Positions 20,847-30,828 of a stretch of DNA of 45,232 nucleotides are shown one piece after another (the first letter of the stretch is position 1; every line of letters begins with the position of its first letter). A program made the position numbers and the translations under genes. The DNA is from Candidatus Contendobacter sp. GTDB taxonomy: Bacteria > Pseudomonadota > Gammaproteobacteria > Competibacterales > Competibacteraceae. The stretch spans positions 1 through 45,232 of the forward strand of contig JAJHPN010000030.1 of assembly GCA_020890855.1 (NCBI GenBank), read 5' to 3'. The notes beneath the pieces were generated by a model. It was given only the letters and a program-made list of their open reading frames with translations. It was not told where the DNA came from and searched no databases.

Positions 20847-22220
20847 ATGATCACGAAACTCCACCATGTGTGGCAAGAAATGCGGTCGAGCTTCTGGTTC
20901 GTACCGACGTTGATCGTTCTGGATGCTGTGGTGCTCGCTACCCTCCTGATCACCGTTGATGCGACCGTTGATCTCCATGTCGTCGAGCGGTGGCCGCTGC
21001 TCTTCGGCGCCGGTGCGGCCGGCGCTCGCGGCCTGCTCACGGCCGTTGCCAGCTCGATGGTCACGGTAGCGGGTGTGGTGTTCTCCATTACCCTCGTGGC
21101 GCTCTCGCTGACCTCCAGCCAGTACACGTCGCGCGTCTTGCGCAATTTTATGCGCGACCGTATCAATCAGATCGTACTCGGCATGTTCGTTGGGATCTTC
21201 GCCTACTGTTTGGTGGTGCTCAGGGTCATTCGCGGCGGTGACGAAGGGGCGTTTGTCCCGTCGCTGGCGGTGCTGGTTGGGTTGATCCTGGCGTTCGTCG
21301 GCATCGGCTATCTGATCTTCTTCATTCACTACATCTCGAAGTCCATCCAGGCGTCGAGCATTATCGCCATGGCCGCACAGGAGACCCTTGCGACCGTGGA
21401 TCACTTGTTTCCCCAGAAACTGGGTGAAGAGGCCGAAGAAGATGCGGACGGATACCTTGTAAAGGCTTTCGCGGAGCAGGCGTGGTCTGCCGTCCCTGCC
21501 CGCAAGACCGGCTACATCGAGAGCATCGACGCAGACGCGCTCTTGGATTTAGCGCGGAAGTACCAGACTATCGTGCGCATGGAACGCGGCGTCGGCGAGT
21601 TTATCGTCGAGGGGACGCCGCTGATTTCGGTGACCAAGGGGGGCGGCGTGGATCGCACAACGACGGACGAACTGAACGGGGTCTATGTCATCGGTCGTCA
21701 GCGTGTGGTGGAACAGGATGCGGCCTTCGGCCTTCGGCAGATCGTGGACATTGCCATGAAAGCGCTGTCGCCCGGCGTCAACGACACTACGACTGCGGTG
21801 ATCTGCGTGGATTATCTGACCGCGATCCTGGTCCGGTTGGCCACGCGCCGGATTACGACCTCCCACTGGATGGATGACCAGAGAGAGCTGCGGGTAATCT
21901 CTCGTGGCCCGAGCTTCGAGAGCCTGTTGAACGAAGCCTTCAACCAGATTCGGCAGAATGCCGAAAGCAATGCCGCTATCCTGTCACGGATGCTCGGCTC
22001 GCTGCAAACCATTGCCGTTCTGACCTCCAGCCCCAACCGGCGGTGGCTGATCCGACAAAAAGTGGAAGAGATCGCCGAAGCGGCCGAACGCACCATCGAG
22101 TCGCCGCACGACCGGGTCCGGTTTGAGAACCGGCTGGCGCGGGTACGCGAAGCCCTCGAAACGGGGCCGGTTTTATCGATGCATGAAAAACCAATTAACG
22201 GCAGTTCTATAAAACAATAG
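20847..22220 (+). CDS. DUF2254-family membrane protein
   Basis: 457 aa from ATG 20847, 10 nt after atpG. Four N-terminal TM helices ('FWFVPTLIVL', 'VAGVVFSITLVALSLTSSQYTSRVLRNF') plus a soluble C-terminal domain. Family recalled from the motif pattern. Confidence 0.7.
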   Translation: MITKLHHVWQEMRSSFWFVPTLIVLDAVVLATLLITVDATVDLHVVERWPLLFGAGAAGARGLLTAVASSMVTVAGVVFSITLVALSLTSSQYTSRVLRNFMRDRINQIVLGMFVGIFAYCLVVLRVIRGGDEGAFVPSLAVLVGLILAFVGIGYLIFFIHYISKSIQASSIIAMAAQETLATVDHLFPQKLGEEAEEDADGYLVKAFAEQAWSAVPARKTGYIESIDADALLDLARKYQTIVRMERGVGEFIVEGTPLISVTKGGGVDRTTTDELNGVYVIGRQRVVEQDAAFGLRQIVDIAMKALSPGVNDTTTAVICVDYLTAILVRLATRRITTSHWMDDQRELRVISRGPSFESLLNEAFNQIRQNAESNAAILSRMLGSLQTIAVLTSSPNRRWLIRQKVEEIAEAAERTIESPHDRVRFENRLARVREALETGPVLSMHEKPINGSSIKQ

Positions 22221-22475
22221 TTCGGACAATTTTTGAGGGGATCTGATTGATAGGGTGGCGGGATCGGGTCATTTTCAGTAGGGTGGGATTGTCACAAACC
22301 AACCTTGCTGATGAATGCTCCGATGCTGATGAGTGTACTGTCAAACCTGTAATTCAGCCAACCATTTCGGAAGTTTCTGAACGAATGGCGGGTGCGCTTG
22401 TTGATGATGCCGGGGCGGACTGACGTTTCGGAATCAGAGTTGCTACCGTGAGTATGACGAGAAGACCTTATACCG

Positions 22476-22602
22476 TTTCCCGATAGGTTTTGTCCTCTTC
22501 AAAGGCCAAAAACCACCCTGTTCTTCATACCTGCGAAAGCGGGTATCCAGTGGTTCAGCGGCCACCTGGATTCCCGCATTCGCGGGAATGACGAAAACCT
22601 AT
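22476..22602 (-). mobile_element. MITE-like repeat, copy C (inverted relative to copy B)
   Basis: The reverse complement of 22483-22602 aligns without gaps to 13551-13670 (106/120 identical). It generates a spurious '...IPAFAGM...' ORF (22499-22684). Confidence 0.8.
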
Positions 22603-22709
22603 AGGAATCCGATCTGAGTTGTGAAATAGGTAGCTTCTCTTGGCGCTTCTTACTTCTCGGACTCCACCATCCGGTGAGCGCCACACTGTCGAGCTAACAT
22701 CGGAGCGCA

Positions 22710-23489
22710 TCAGCGGTAAACGATCCCACCATCAATGATGGGTGCCTGTCCGGTCATATAGTCTGAATCCGGACCCGCCAGATACGAGACGAAAGCGGCC
22801 ACATCGTCCGGTGTCTCAGCCCGGCCCAGTGCAATCCCCTCCACATACTTCTGGTAGGTCGCCCCTTTCGGCGCACCGGTCAGTTTCGCAAAGCGTTCGT
22901 CAATCTCAACCCACATATCCGTTCCAACAATGCCCGGGCAGTAGGCATTGACCGTGATGCCGTCGCTGGCATATTCGAGCGCTGCCGCCTGAGTGAGTCC
23001 GCGGATTGCGAACTTGGTGGCGGAATACACGCCGAGCATGGCAAAACCGTTATGACCGGCCACCGACGACGCATTAATGATTTTGCCCTTGTGTCCGCGC
23101 GCCTTGAATTTCCTGGCCGCAGCCTGAATTCCCCAGAGCACGCCCTCGATGTTCACTTTGAAAATAGTTGCCACTTCCTGTGGCGTGACATCAGCTAACG
23201 GCTGGACCTGAGCGATCCCGGCATTGTTGACCATGATGTCGAAGCCGCCCAGTTCCTTTTCGGCATGATCAACCGCGGCATAGACTTGGTCGCGATTCGT
23301 TACGTCTGCAACGAAAACCGTGGCCTTGCGGCCTAAGGCTTGCACTTCTTGGGCGACGGCATCCATTTTGTCTTTCTTGAGATCGACAATCGCAATGTCT
23401 ACACTACCCTTCGCCAGCCTTAAGGCAATGGCCCGCCCAATTCCCTGGCCGGCACCCGTGATCAACGCCACTTTAGCTTTTTTATTCAT
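22710..23489 (-). CDS. budC: SDR-family acetoin reductase / 2,3-butanediol dehydrogenase
   Basis: 259 aa. 'ALITGAGQGIG' Rossmann motif, 'NNAG', catalytic 'SSVAGH...YSATKFAIRG'. Overall it reads like BudC-type enzymes. Confidence 0.8.
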   Translation of the reverse strand: MNKKAKVALITGAGQGIGRAIALRLAKGSVDIAIVDLKKDKMDAVAQEVQALGRKATVFVADVTNRDQVYAAVDHAEKELGGFDIMVNNAGIAQVQPLADVTPQEVATIFKVNIEGVLWGIQAAARKFKARGHKGKIINASSVAGHNGFAMLGVYSATKFAIRGLTQAAALEYASDGITVNAYCPGIVGTDMWVEIDERFAKLTGAPKGATYQKYVEGIALGRAETPDDVAAFVSYLAGPDSDYMTGQAPIIDGGIVYR

Positions 23490-23569
23490 CTCTCGATTTC
23501 CTTATAGTCGCTGATGACTCAATGGCTTAAGTGTGGTCAGCCCTGGACTTTCCCAATCCTGCATACTCT

Positions 23570-23959
23570 TCACGTCTCGAGGCTCGCGCAGACTTTCTGC
23601 AGTAGTGCCCGCACTTCCTTACCAAGGGCATGCACTTCCGGTTTGTCGACCAATTGCAACACAGCCGCAGGATCCATGAACGCAACCGTGATGCTTCCAT
23701 CGTCTTCTTCGCGCACGACCACATTGCACGGTAGCAGCAACCCGATGTCGGGGTCGGCCTCGATCGCGCGATGGGCGAGCGGCGGGTTGCATGCGCCGAG
23801 TATGCGGTACGGCCGATGTTCGATGTTGAGCTTTGCTTTCAACGTCGCCTTGAGATCGATATCGGTGAGTACCCCGAAGCCTTCATTTTTCAGAGCCTCG
23901 GTGACTCTCATGACGGCGATATCGAACGGCAGCTTTAACTGAGTGCTGAATCCGTACAT
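23570..23959 (-). CDS. DUF302 domain protein
   Basis: 129 aa. '[45 protein letters not shown]' is typical of DUF302. Confidence 0.8.
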   Translation of the reverse strand: MYGFSTQLKLPFDIAVMRVTEALKNEGFGVLTDIDLKATLKAKLNIEHRPYRILGACNPPLAHRAIEADPDIGLLLPCNVVVREEDDGSITVAFMDPAAVLQLVDKPEVHALGKEVRALLQKVCASLET

Positions 23960-24060
23960 GAATTGACTCCTGCTGGTGGTGGTGAAACGATTAATGCTAT
24001 TCGTACATCGGCAATTTCTAATTCTGCTTCTTTCCCGGCAGCTTCAACTGTCGGTTCAGT

Positions 24061-24226
24061 TGCACCCAATGCGGGAGAAAGAATCACGCCCTGCGAGTAG
24101 AGCGCACCGGCGGCCAGCGGGATGGCAAAGGCGCTATAGCTGGTCGCCCATACCAGATTTTTAATCATCTTGTTATAGGTGGCCTTGGAAAGCTCGGTTT
24201 CTCCACTGGCAATATAGGGTAGGGTC
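24061..24226 (-). pseudogene. C-terminal relic of a heavy-metal (P1B, CopA-like) P-type ATPase
   Basis: After an in-frame TAG, the minus strand reads 'TLPYIASGETELSKATYNKMIKNLVWATSYSAFAIPLAAGALYSQGVILSPALGA'. This corresponds to the last two TM helices of P1B ATPases. No upstream body is present, and the sequence degenerates afterwards. Confidence 0.7.
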
Positions 24227-24256
24227 TAAAAAGGTGTGGCTTCATCATCCAGCACG

Positions 24257-24571
24257 TTACTGATCCCACATCACATCGCATTTTTCTGTTGCAGCGGCTG
24301 CCAATAACTCGATCAACGGGAAAGCCCGCTGCGCTAAATCGACCGGGCTTTCGTCCGCGTCGTCGTCTTCAACATCTTCTGCCGCCTTCGGGACCGTTGC
24401 CTTATGGGCCGCGACGGCGGTTCGCAAGCGCTCCAGTGCGGCAGGCACCTCGTCGGCCAGGAGGGCGCTCGGCACAGTTCCGCTGTGTCCCATCAGCTTG
24501 AGCAAGGTGATAGCGATATCGCCAAATATCACGATATCGGCGTGTGCTTTGGTTCGAAAGGTAACGATCAT
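24257..24571 (-). CDS. DUF1840 domain protein
   Basis: 104 aa from ATG 24571 (RBS GAGGAGG). 'MIVTFRTKAHADIVIFGDIAITLLKLMGHSG' is a typical DUF1840 N-terminus. The track ORF is longer (136 aa). Confidence 0.75.
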   Translation of the reverse strand: MIVTFRTKAHADIVIFGDIAITLLKLMGHSGTVPSALLADEVPAALERLRTAVAAHKATVPKAAEDVEDDDADESPVDLAQRAFPLIELLAAAATEKCDVMWDQ

Positions 24572-24656
24572 TAAAACCTCCTCAAGACAACTTCTGTCCT
24601 CTTTTACCCTGCCCAGTTCTGATCCCCTTGGAGTGCGGCCTGGAAATGTCCAACCC

Positions 24657-25082
24657 CTATTTGACAACCAGGTTGTTCTTCACCGATGCCACACCCTGGT
24701 TATTGCGCGCCACCTCAGACGCCCGATCGAGACTGAGCTGTGAATCGACGGTCCCGCTCAGCGTCACCACGCCGTTGGTGGTAGTCACGTCAATCTGGAA
24801 GACCTTGAGCACCGACTCCGCCAGGATTTCAGTCTTGATCCTGGCGGTGATCGCCGCGTCTTCCAGATAATCTCCGGCTCGATCCGCTTTTTTGTCCATG
24901 GACTCCTTGGTCACCTCGAGCTGATTGCCCATTTGCTTAGCGGTCTGATCGATCTTGCGACCAGCCTCCTCGGCGCCCCCCTCCTTTTGACAGCCAGCGA
25001 GTCCGAGACTGGCCGACAGGCAGGCGGCCACAACCAGGATTCCTGACAGGGCCATCGGCGTGTAGGCATTTTTCTTTTGCAT
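24657..25082 (-). CDS. BON-domain lipoprotein
   Basis: 141 aa from ATG 25082. Lipobox 'LGLAGC-QK'. C-terminal BON segment 'DAAITARIKTEILAESVLKVFQIDVTTTNGVVTLSGTV...VASVKNNL'. Confidence 0.85.
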   Translation of the reverse strand: MQKKNAYTPMALSGILVVAACLSASLGLAGCQKEGGAEEAGRKIDQTAKQMGNQLEVTKESMDKKADRAGDYLEDAAITARIKTEILAESVLKVFQIDVTTTNGVVTLSGTVDSQLSLDRASEVARNNQGVASVKNNLVVK

Positions 25083-25198
25083 GGTTGATTCCTCAATAGG
25101 GTTTGTCAGGAGCCGTCTTTCAATAAGCGCCAGACAGGTCGATTTCCAGCCGCGAGACCACCTGTCCAGGTGCTTTGTACCACTCGGCAAAGCGCGTC

Positions 25199-25375
25199 TT
25201 AGTGGTCTTTCTTGATCTCCGCCTTAGCATCACCCACGCCTGCCTGAACCTTGCCGGCGTTCTTTTGGAGCTTTCCTTCTGCTTCCAGTTCGTCATTGCC
25301 GACGACATAACCGGCGACTTCATTCACTTTGCCTTTGGCTTCTTTGCAGCGACCTTTGACCTGTTGTTTGTTCAT
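25199..25375 (-). CDS. CsbD-family general stress protein
   Basis: 58-aa ORF, absent from the supplied track because it is under 60 aa. My translation is MNKQQVKGRCKEAKGKVNEVAGYVVGNDELEAEGKLQKNAGKVQAGVGDAKAEIKKDH, with the classic 'KG..KE..GK...D..L..EG' CsbD pattern. Confidence 0.8.
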   Translation of the reverse strand: MNKQQVKGRCKEAKGKVNEVAGYVVGNDELEAEGKLQKNAGKVQAGVGDAKAEIKKDH

Positions 25376-25461
25376 GTGTCTGTCCTGTCAATGAATGGAG
25401 CCATCACCCAGCGCGGACTGTGATTCCCAGCGCTGAGGGGAAACATACGCGAGCGACGAAT

Positions 25462-25527
25462 GGCGGTCGGTTCGACAACGCACACAGGCGACGCCTTTTC
25501 TTTTTGTGCGCTACCGAACCGACCGCC
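25462..25527. promoter_or_regulatory. 13-bp perfect inverted repeat in a divergent promoter region
   Basis: GGCGGTCGGTTCG (25462-25474) and CGAACCGACCGCC (25515-25527), separated by 40 nt. Located between csbD (minus strand) and the methyltransferase gene (plus strand). Confidence 0.5.
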
Positions 25528-25650
25528 ACGACCGCTTCGGTCAAGCTCGCGGTGTACCGAGATTCAACACTTGACGGCGGTGACCAGGCGATCGACTTGG
25601 TCACGGATCGGCCAAGTGAGTCCTGATCCTGTCTTTCGGAGGTACCCTCG

Positions 25651-26820
25651 ATGAGCCAATGCGCAACCGTTTTCGGGGCTTCGGCCTCTGACCGACTCGC
25701 TCGCCTGATTCAGAAGCACGTCTTCGGCGACCGGGTCAAAATCCCGTTGGAAATTCGGCTCTGGGGTGGTCGCACCTATCGCTTTGGCGCTGGCGAGCCG
25801 GCGGTCAAGATCCTGGTGAAGGATCGCAAAGGTTTGAGCGCGCTGCGCCGGCTCGATGAGTTGCGCATCTGCGAGGCCTATATGAACGGGAGTCTGGATG
25901 TCCAGGGGGATATGCTGGGCTTCGCCAGTCTGCGCCCCGGCCTGCACGACCGTCATCCACTGCACGACCTGTGGCAACGGGTCGCGCCCTGGTTCGTCGG
26001 GAGGATCAAGACCGACCGGCACGCCATCGCCGCGCACTACGACTTTGCCAGCGACTTCTATCTCCGGTTCCTGGACCCGACCCGCTGTTATTCGCAGGCC
26101 GTGTTTGAGCGGGATGATGAAGACCTCGAGACGGCACAGCGCCGCAAGCTGGATTTCGCGATCGATGCCTGTCGACTCCAGCCGGGGGATCGTGTGCTGG
26201 ATGTCGGGGGCGGTTGGGGAAGCTTCACGGAACAGGCCGGCGCGCGCGGGATTCAGGTCACCTCACTGACGATCTCCTGCGAGTCGGAGGCCTTCCTGAC
26301 CGACTTGATCGAACGGCGTCAACTGCCCTGCCGGGTGGTGAACCAGGACTTTCTGGCCTACCGCTCGCCCGAACCCTATGACGCCATCGTCATTCTGGGC
26401 GTGATGGAGCATCTGCCCGATTATCCGGCGGTGCTGCAGCAGATCCAGCGGTTGCTGAAACCGGGTGGGCGCGTCTATCTCGACGCCAGCGCGTCCCGGG
26501 ACAAGTATGACAAGCCCCACTTCATCGCCCGCTACATCTTTCCGGCGGACCACGCCTTTCTCTGCCTGCACGACTTCCTGCGCGCGGTGGCAAAGAGTCC
26601 GCTGGATGTGCTGACGGTCGACAACGATCGCCACAACTATTTCCTCACCTGTCGGGCCTGGGCTGAAAACCTGGACGCGGCCCGTGACGAGATCATCGCC
26701 CGCTGGGGAGAGACACTCTACCGGCGCTTCCGGCTCTATCTCTGGGGCTCGGCCCAGGCCTTTCTGAGCGGCGGCGCGGACGCCTTTCGGGTGGTGCTGG
26801 AACGTCCGCTGGAGGCATGA
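25651..26820 (+). CDS. class I SAM-dependent methyltransferase, cyclopropane-fatty-acyl-phospholipid-synthase-like
   Basis: 389 aa. SAM motif I 'VLDVGGGWGSF'. 'AIVILGVMEHLPD', 'LKPGGRVYLD'. The N-terminal part resembles CMAS-family enzymes ('ICEAYMNGSLDVQGDM'). Confidence 0.8.
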   Translation: MSQCATVFGASASDRLARLIQKHVFGDRVKIPLEIRLWGGRTYRFGAGEPAVKILVKDRKGLSALRRLDELRICEAYMNGSLDVQGDMLGFASLRPGLHDRHPLHDLWQRVAPWFVGRIKTDRHAIAAHYDFASDFYLRFLDPTRCYSQAVFERDDEDLETAQRRKLDFAIDACRLQPGDRVLDVGGGWGSFTEQAGARGIQVTSLTISCESEAFLTDLIERRQLPCRVVNQDFLAYRSPEPYDAIVILGVMEHLPDYPAVLQQIQRLLKPGGRVYLDASASRDKYDKPHFIARYIFPADHAFLCLHDFLRAVAKSPLDVLTVDNDRHNYFLTCRAWAENLDAARDEIIARWGETLYRRFRLYLWGSAQAFLSGGADAFRVVLERPLEA

Positions 26821-26823
26821 AGG

Positions 26824-27015
26824 GTTGGGCAGACTGGCTGGCCACCCGATGGTAAAACGCGGGTGACCGTGGATGGCGTCGAGCAACCCGACCCGGCGAT
26901 TCCCCTGGTCGACGACCGTCGGGAGCATGCGGTCGAGGTGAGACCATCCAATGGTGCGGTGAGGGCAATGCTTGATCACCATCAACCGCTTTCAAACGCA
27001 CAGGTTCCAACATGA
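26824..27015 (+). pseudogene. 3'-terminal relic of a second cyclic-glucan-synthase gene
   Basis: The frame reads 'VGQTGWPPDGKTRVTVDGVEQPDPAIPLVDDRREHAVEVRP...'. Compare the NdvB C-terminus 'VTQTADATGEMRVTVDGVERDDAVIPLVDDRREHTVEVRY' at 13390-13510: 23 of 29 residues are identical from RVTVDGV onward. The frame stays open to TGA 27013-27015, overlapping the next gene's ATG. Confidence 0.75.
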
Positions 27016-28085
27016 CTCCACAAATCAAGAAGTCGCTGATACTCGCGACCATGGCTATCGCCGCCGCCGTGATCGGGGTGCTGGCCTGGACCGCGTTGAA
27101 ACCGTCCGGTCCCGGTGCCGGATTCGTCAGCGGCAACGGCCGCATCGAGGCCACTGAGATCGATATCGCCACCAAGCTCGCTGGACGGGTGCTGGACATC
27201 ATGGTTAACGAAGGCGATTTCGTGTATGCCGGCCAGCCCCTGGCGCAGATGCAGATTGACGTCCTCGATGCCCAGCGCGACGAGGCGCGGGCGCAGTCCG
27301 GGCAGGCCGTCACTGCGGTCGCCAGCGCCGAGGCCCAGGTCGCCGCACGCCAAAGCGACAAGGCCGCCGCACAGGCCATGGTGGGGCAGCGCGAGAGCGA
27401 TCTGGATGCGGCGCAGCGACGGTTTGCCCGCTCTGAGCCGCTGTCCAGACAGGGGGCCGTGTCGATGCAACAAGTCGACGACGACCGTGCGCGCGTGCAT
27501 GGCGCGGAGGCCACACTGACCGGGGTGAAGGCCCAGGTCGCCACCGCTGAGGCGGCGATCAGAGCCGCGCAAGCGCAGGTCGTCGGTGCGGGTTCCGGCG
27601 TCACCGCGAGTGAGGCGACCATTGCCCGCGTTGAGGCCGACATCGAGGACAGTCAGCTCAAGTCGCCGCGCGATGGCCGGGTGCAATATCGCGTCGCCCA
27701 GCCCGGCGAGGTTCTGGCGAGTGGCGGCAATGTTCTCAATCTGGTGGATCTCAGCGACGTTTACATGACGTTCTTTCTGCCGGAGACCGCAGCCGGCAAG
27801 GTGGCGCTGGGCAGCGAAGTCCATATCGTGCTGGACGCTGCGCCGCAGTTTGTGATTCCGGCGCAGGTGTCCTACGTCGCCAGCACCGCGCAGTTCACAC
27901 CCAAGACCGTGGAAACGGCCAGCGAGCGGCAGAAGCTGATGTTCCGCGTCAAGGCGCAGATCAGCCGCGAGTTGCTGCAAAAACACCTGAAGCTGGTCAA
28001 GACCGGCCTGCCCGGCATGGCCTGGCTCAAGCTCGATCCGCAGGCGCAGTGGCCGGCCAACCTGGCGATCAAGGTTCCCGAATGA
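27012..28085 (+). CDS. HlyD-family membrane fusion protein (YhiI/YbhG-like)
   Basis: 357 aa. N-terminal TM anchor, '[40 protein letters not shown]' lipoyl-like hairpin, long coiled coil, and '[20 protein letters not shown]' at the C-terminus. Confidence 0.85.
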   Translation: MTPQIKKSLILATMAIAAAVIGVLAWTALKPSGPGAGFVSGNGRIEATEIDIATKLAGRVLDIMVNEGDFVYAGQPLAQMQIDVLDAQRDEARAQSGQAVTAVASAEAQVAARQSDKAAAQAMVGQRESDLDAAQRRFARSEPLSRQGAVSMQQVDDDRARVHGAEATLTGVKAQVATAEAAIRAAQAQVVGAGSGVTASEATIARVEADIEDSQLKSPRDGRVQYRVAQPGEVLASGGNVLNLVDLSDVYMTFFLPETAAGKVALGSEVHIVLDAAPQFVIPAQVSYVASTAQFTPKTVETASERQKLMFRVKAQISRELLQKHLKLVKTGLPGMAWLKLDPQAQWPANLAIKVPE

Positions 28086-30826
28086 CCCTGGAGTCCTCTC
28101 CTCCGTCACCCGTCGCCCGCCTGACCGGTGTTGGTCTGCGCTACGGCAAGACCGTGGCGCTGGACGCCATCACCCTGGACATCCCCGCCGGGCGCATGGT
28201 TGGCCTGATTGGCCCGGACGGCGTCGGCAAATCCAGCCTGCTGTCGCTGCTGGCCGGGGCCCGCGCGGTGCAGCAAGGCAGCGTACAGGCTCTGGGCGGC
28301 GACATGGCGAGCGCCGGCCATCGGAAAAAGGTCTGCCCGCAGATCGCCTACATGCCGCAGGGTCTGGGCAAGAACCTCTATCCGACCTTGTCGGTGGAGG
28401 AGAACCTGCAATTTTTCAGTCGCCTGTTCGGTCACAACGCCGCCGAGCGCCGCCGGCGCATTGACCAACTGACCGGCAGCACCGGCCTGTCTCCGTTTCT
28501 GGCGCGCCCGGCGGGCAAGCTGTCCGGCGGCATGAAACAGAAACTGGCTCTGTGTTGTGCGCTGATTCATGACCCGGCTTTCCTGATTCTGGACGAGCCG
28601 ACCACCGGCGTCGATCCCTTGGCCCGCGCCCAGTTCTGGGATCTGATCCAGCATATTCGCAGCGAGCGCTCTGACATGAGCGTGATCGTAGCGACTGCCT
28701 ACATGGACGAGGCGCAGCGCTTCGACGAGCTGGTGGCGATGGATGCCGGCAAGGTGCTGGCGACCGGCACGCCGGCCGAACTGCTCGAACGCACCGGCAG
28801 TGACTCGCTGGACGCAGCGTTCATCGCGTTACTGCCGGAGGAGAAACGGCGCGACCATCACGAGGTGACGATTCCACCGCTCACCGCCGGGGATAGCGCC
28901 GAGATCGCTATTGAGGCCACTGACCTTACCATGCGCTTTGGCGATTTCGTCGCGGTTGACCACGTCAGTTTCCGCATCCGCCGGGGCGAGATCTTCGGCT
29001 TCCTCGGCTCCAACGGCTGCGGCAAGTCCACCACCATGAAGATGCTGACTGGCCTGCTCCCGGCCAGCGAAGGCCGTGCGTCATTGTTCGGGTGTGCGGT
29101 TGATCCCAAGGACATCGCCACCCGGCGGCGGGTGGGCTACATGTCGCAGGCGTTCTCGCTGTATTCGGAACTGTCGGTGCGCCAAAACCTGGTGCTGCAC
29201 GCCCACCTGTTTTCGGTGCCGGAAGCGAACATCCCGGCGCGGGTAGACCAGATGGCTCAGCGTTTCGGCTTGGGCGAAGCGCTCGACACGCTGCCCGACC
29301 ACTTGCCGCTGGGCATCCGCCAGCGGTTGTCGCTGGCGGTGGCGATGGTGCATCAACCGGAGCTGCTCATCCTGGATGAGCCGACTTCGGGCGTGGACCC
29401 CATCGCCCGCGACCGCCTCTGGCAATTGATGATCGACCTGGCGCGCAATGACCAGGTCACGATCTTCATCTCCACCCATTTCATGAACGAAGCGGGGCGC
29501 TGCGACCGCATCTCGCTGATGCACGCCGGCCGGGTGCTAGTGACCGACGTCCCGGCCGATCTGGTGCGCCAACGGGGGGTTGCCACACTGGAAGATGCCT
29601 TCATCGGCTACCTGGAAGATGCCGGCGCGGCGACGCCGGTGCAAAAACCACCGGTGGCATCGCCGCCAGTCGCGCCGACGGCTCCCCCGCGCCGTTTCCC
29701 CTTCAGCCTGGGCCGCGCTTGGAGCTATTGCCTGCGCGAGACCCTGGAGCTGCAACGCGACCCGGTGCGCGCCACCATGGCCCTGCTGGGGACAGCGATC
29801 CTGATGTTCGTCTTCGGCTACGGCATCAGCCTGGACGTGGAGAATCTGAGCTACGCGGTGCTGGATCGCGACCAGACGCTGCTGAGTCAGAACTACGCAC
29901 TGAATCTGTCCGGCTCGCGCTACTTCATCGAACGCCCGCCGATTACCGATTACACGGATCTCGACCGGCGGATGCGGGCCGGCAAACTCGCGCTGGCGAT
30001 TGAAATTCCGCCCGGTTTCGGGCGCGACATTGCACGCGGGCATCCGGTGCAGATCGGCACCTGGGTGGATGGCGCCATGCCGGTGCGCGCCGAGACGGTG
30101 CAAGGCTATATGCAGGGGATGCATCAGGGCTGGCTGTTGGACATGGCCGCGCGGCGGCTGGGTCAGGATGTCGCCGCTGGCCCGGCGACCATTGCGACGC
30201 GCTTTCGCTACAACCCTGATGTGCGAAGTCTGCCGGCGATGGTGCCCGCAATCATCCCGATGCTGCTGCTGATGATCCCGGCGATGCTGGCGGCGCTCTC
30301 GGTGGTGCGTGAGAAAGAGCTGGGTTCGATCATCAATCTCTACGTCACCCCGATCACCCGCAGCGAGTTCCTGCTCGGTAAGCAGTTGCCCTATATCGTG
30401 CTGGCGATGCTCAACTTCGGGTTGATGACACTGCTGGCGATCACCATCTTCGGGGTGCCGGTCAAGGGCAGCTTTTTGGCGCTGACGGCGGGGGCGCTGC
30501 TCTTTGTGATCTTCTCGACCGGCTTTGGCCTGTTCGCCTCCACCTTCACCCGTAGCCAGATCGCGGCGCTCTTCGTGACGATGATCGGCACCATGATCCC
30601 GACCATCCAATTCGCCGGCATGTTGAACCCGGTGTCCTCGCTCGAAGGCGTCGGCTTTTTCATCGGTCGCATTTACCCGGCCTCACACTTCCTGACCATC
30701 AGTCGTGGCGTGTTCAACAAGGCGCTGGGATTCGCCAGCCTGCACGCCTCGTTCTGGCCGCTGCTGCTGGCGGTGCCGGTGATCCTGGGCCTGTCCATCG
30801 TGCTGCTGAAGAAGCAGGAGACCTGA
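28082..30826 (+). CDS. rbbA: fused double ABC ATPase + ABC-2 permease (RbbA/YhiH type)
   Basis: 914 aa from ATG 28082 (ATGA overlap with the MFP gene). Walker A 'GPDGVGKSS' and 'GSNGCGKST'. Signatures 'LSGGMKQK' and 'LPLGIRQR'. Six C-terminal TM helices. Confidence 0.85.
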   Translation: MTLESSPPSPVARLTGVGLRYGKTVALDAITLDIPAGRMVGLIGPDGVGKSSLLSLLAGARAVQQGSVQALGGDMASAGHRKKVCPQIAYMPQGLGKNLYPTLSVEENLQFFSRLFGHNAAERRRRIDQLTGSTGLSPFLARPAGKLSGGMKQKLALCCALIHDPAFLILDEPTTGVDPLARAQFWDLIQHIRSERSDMSVIVATAYMDEAQRFDELVAMDAGKVLATGTPAELLERTGSDSLDAAFIALLPEEKRRDHHEVTIPPLTAGDSAEIAIEATDLTMRFGDFVAVDHVSFRIRRGEIFGFLGSNGCGKSTTMKMLTGLLPASEGRASLFGCAVDPKDIATRRRVGYMSQAFSLYSELSVRQNLVLHAHLFSVPEANIPARVDQMAQRFGLGEALDTLPDHLPLGIRQRLSLAVAMVHQPELLILDEPTSGVDPIARDRLWQLMIDLARNDQVTIFISTHFMNEAGRCDRISLMHAGRVLVTDVPADLVRQRGVATLEDAFIGYLEDAGAATPVQKPPVASPPVAPTAPPRRFPFSLGRAWSYCLRETLELQRDPVRATMALLGTAILMFVFGYGISLDVENLSYAVLDRDQTLLSQNYALNLSGSRYFIERPPITDYTDLDRRMRAGKLALAIEIPPGFGRDIARGHPVQIGTWVDGAMPVRAETVQGYMQGMHQGWLLDMAARRLGQDVAAGPATIATRFRYNPDVRSLPAMVPAIIPMLLLMIPAMLAALSVVREKELGSIINLYVTPITRSEFLLGKQLPYIVLAMLNFGLMTLLAITIFGVPVKGSFLALTAGALLFVIFSTGFGLFASTFTRSQIAALFVTMIGTMIPTIQFAGMLNPVSSLEGVGFFIGRIYPASHFLTISRGVFNKALGFASLHASFWPLLLAVPVILGLSIVLLKKQET

Positions 30827-30828
30827 TC

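Noticed and set aside
22290-22482. An open minus-strand frame ending '...RPGIINKRTRHSFRNFRNGWLNYRFDSTLISIGAFISKVGL*' next to MITE copy C. I considered it a possible transposase C-terminal relic.
   Set aside because: It has no start codon, and I could recognise no transposase or integrase motif. It may be a relic, but I cannot support any call without a database search.
22499-22684. A 61-aa ORF 'MALTGWW...[17 protein letters not shown]'.
   Set aside because: It is encoded by the MITE hairpins. The IPAFAGM peptide is the signature of translating the ATTCCCGC...GCGGGAAT repeat, and it has no independent coding support.
26263-30610. Minus-strand ORFs of 240-375 aa (26263-26985, 26693-27643, 26982-28109, 29537-30610).
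   Set aside because: They are antisense shadows of the methyltransferase, HlyD and rbbA genes, with low-complexity Arg/His/Gly-rich translations.
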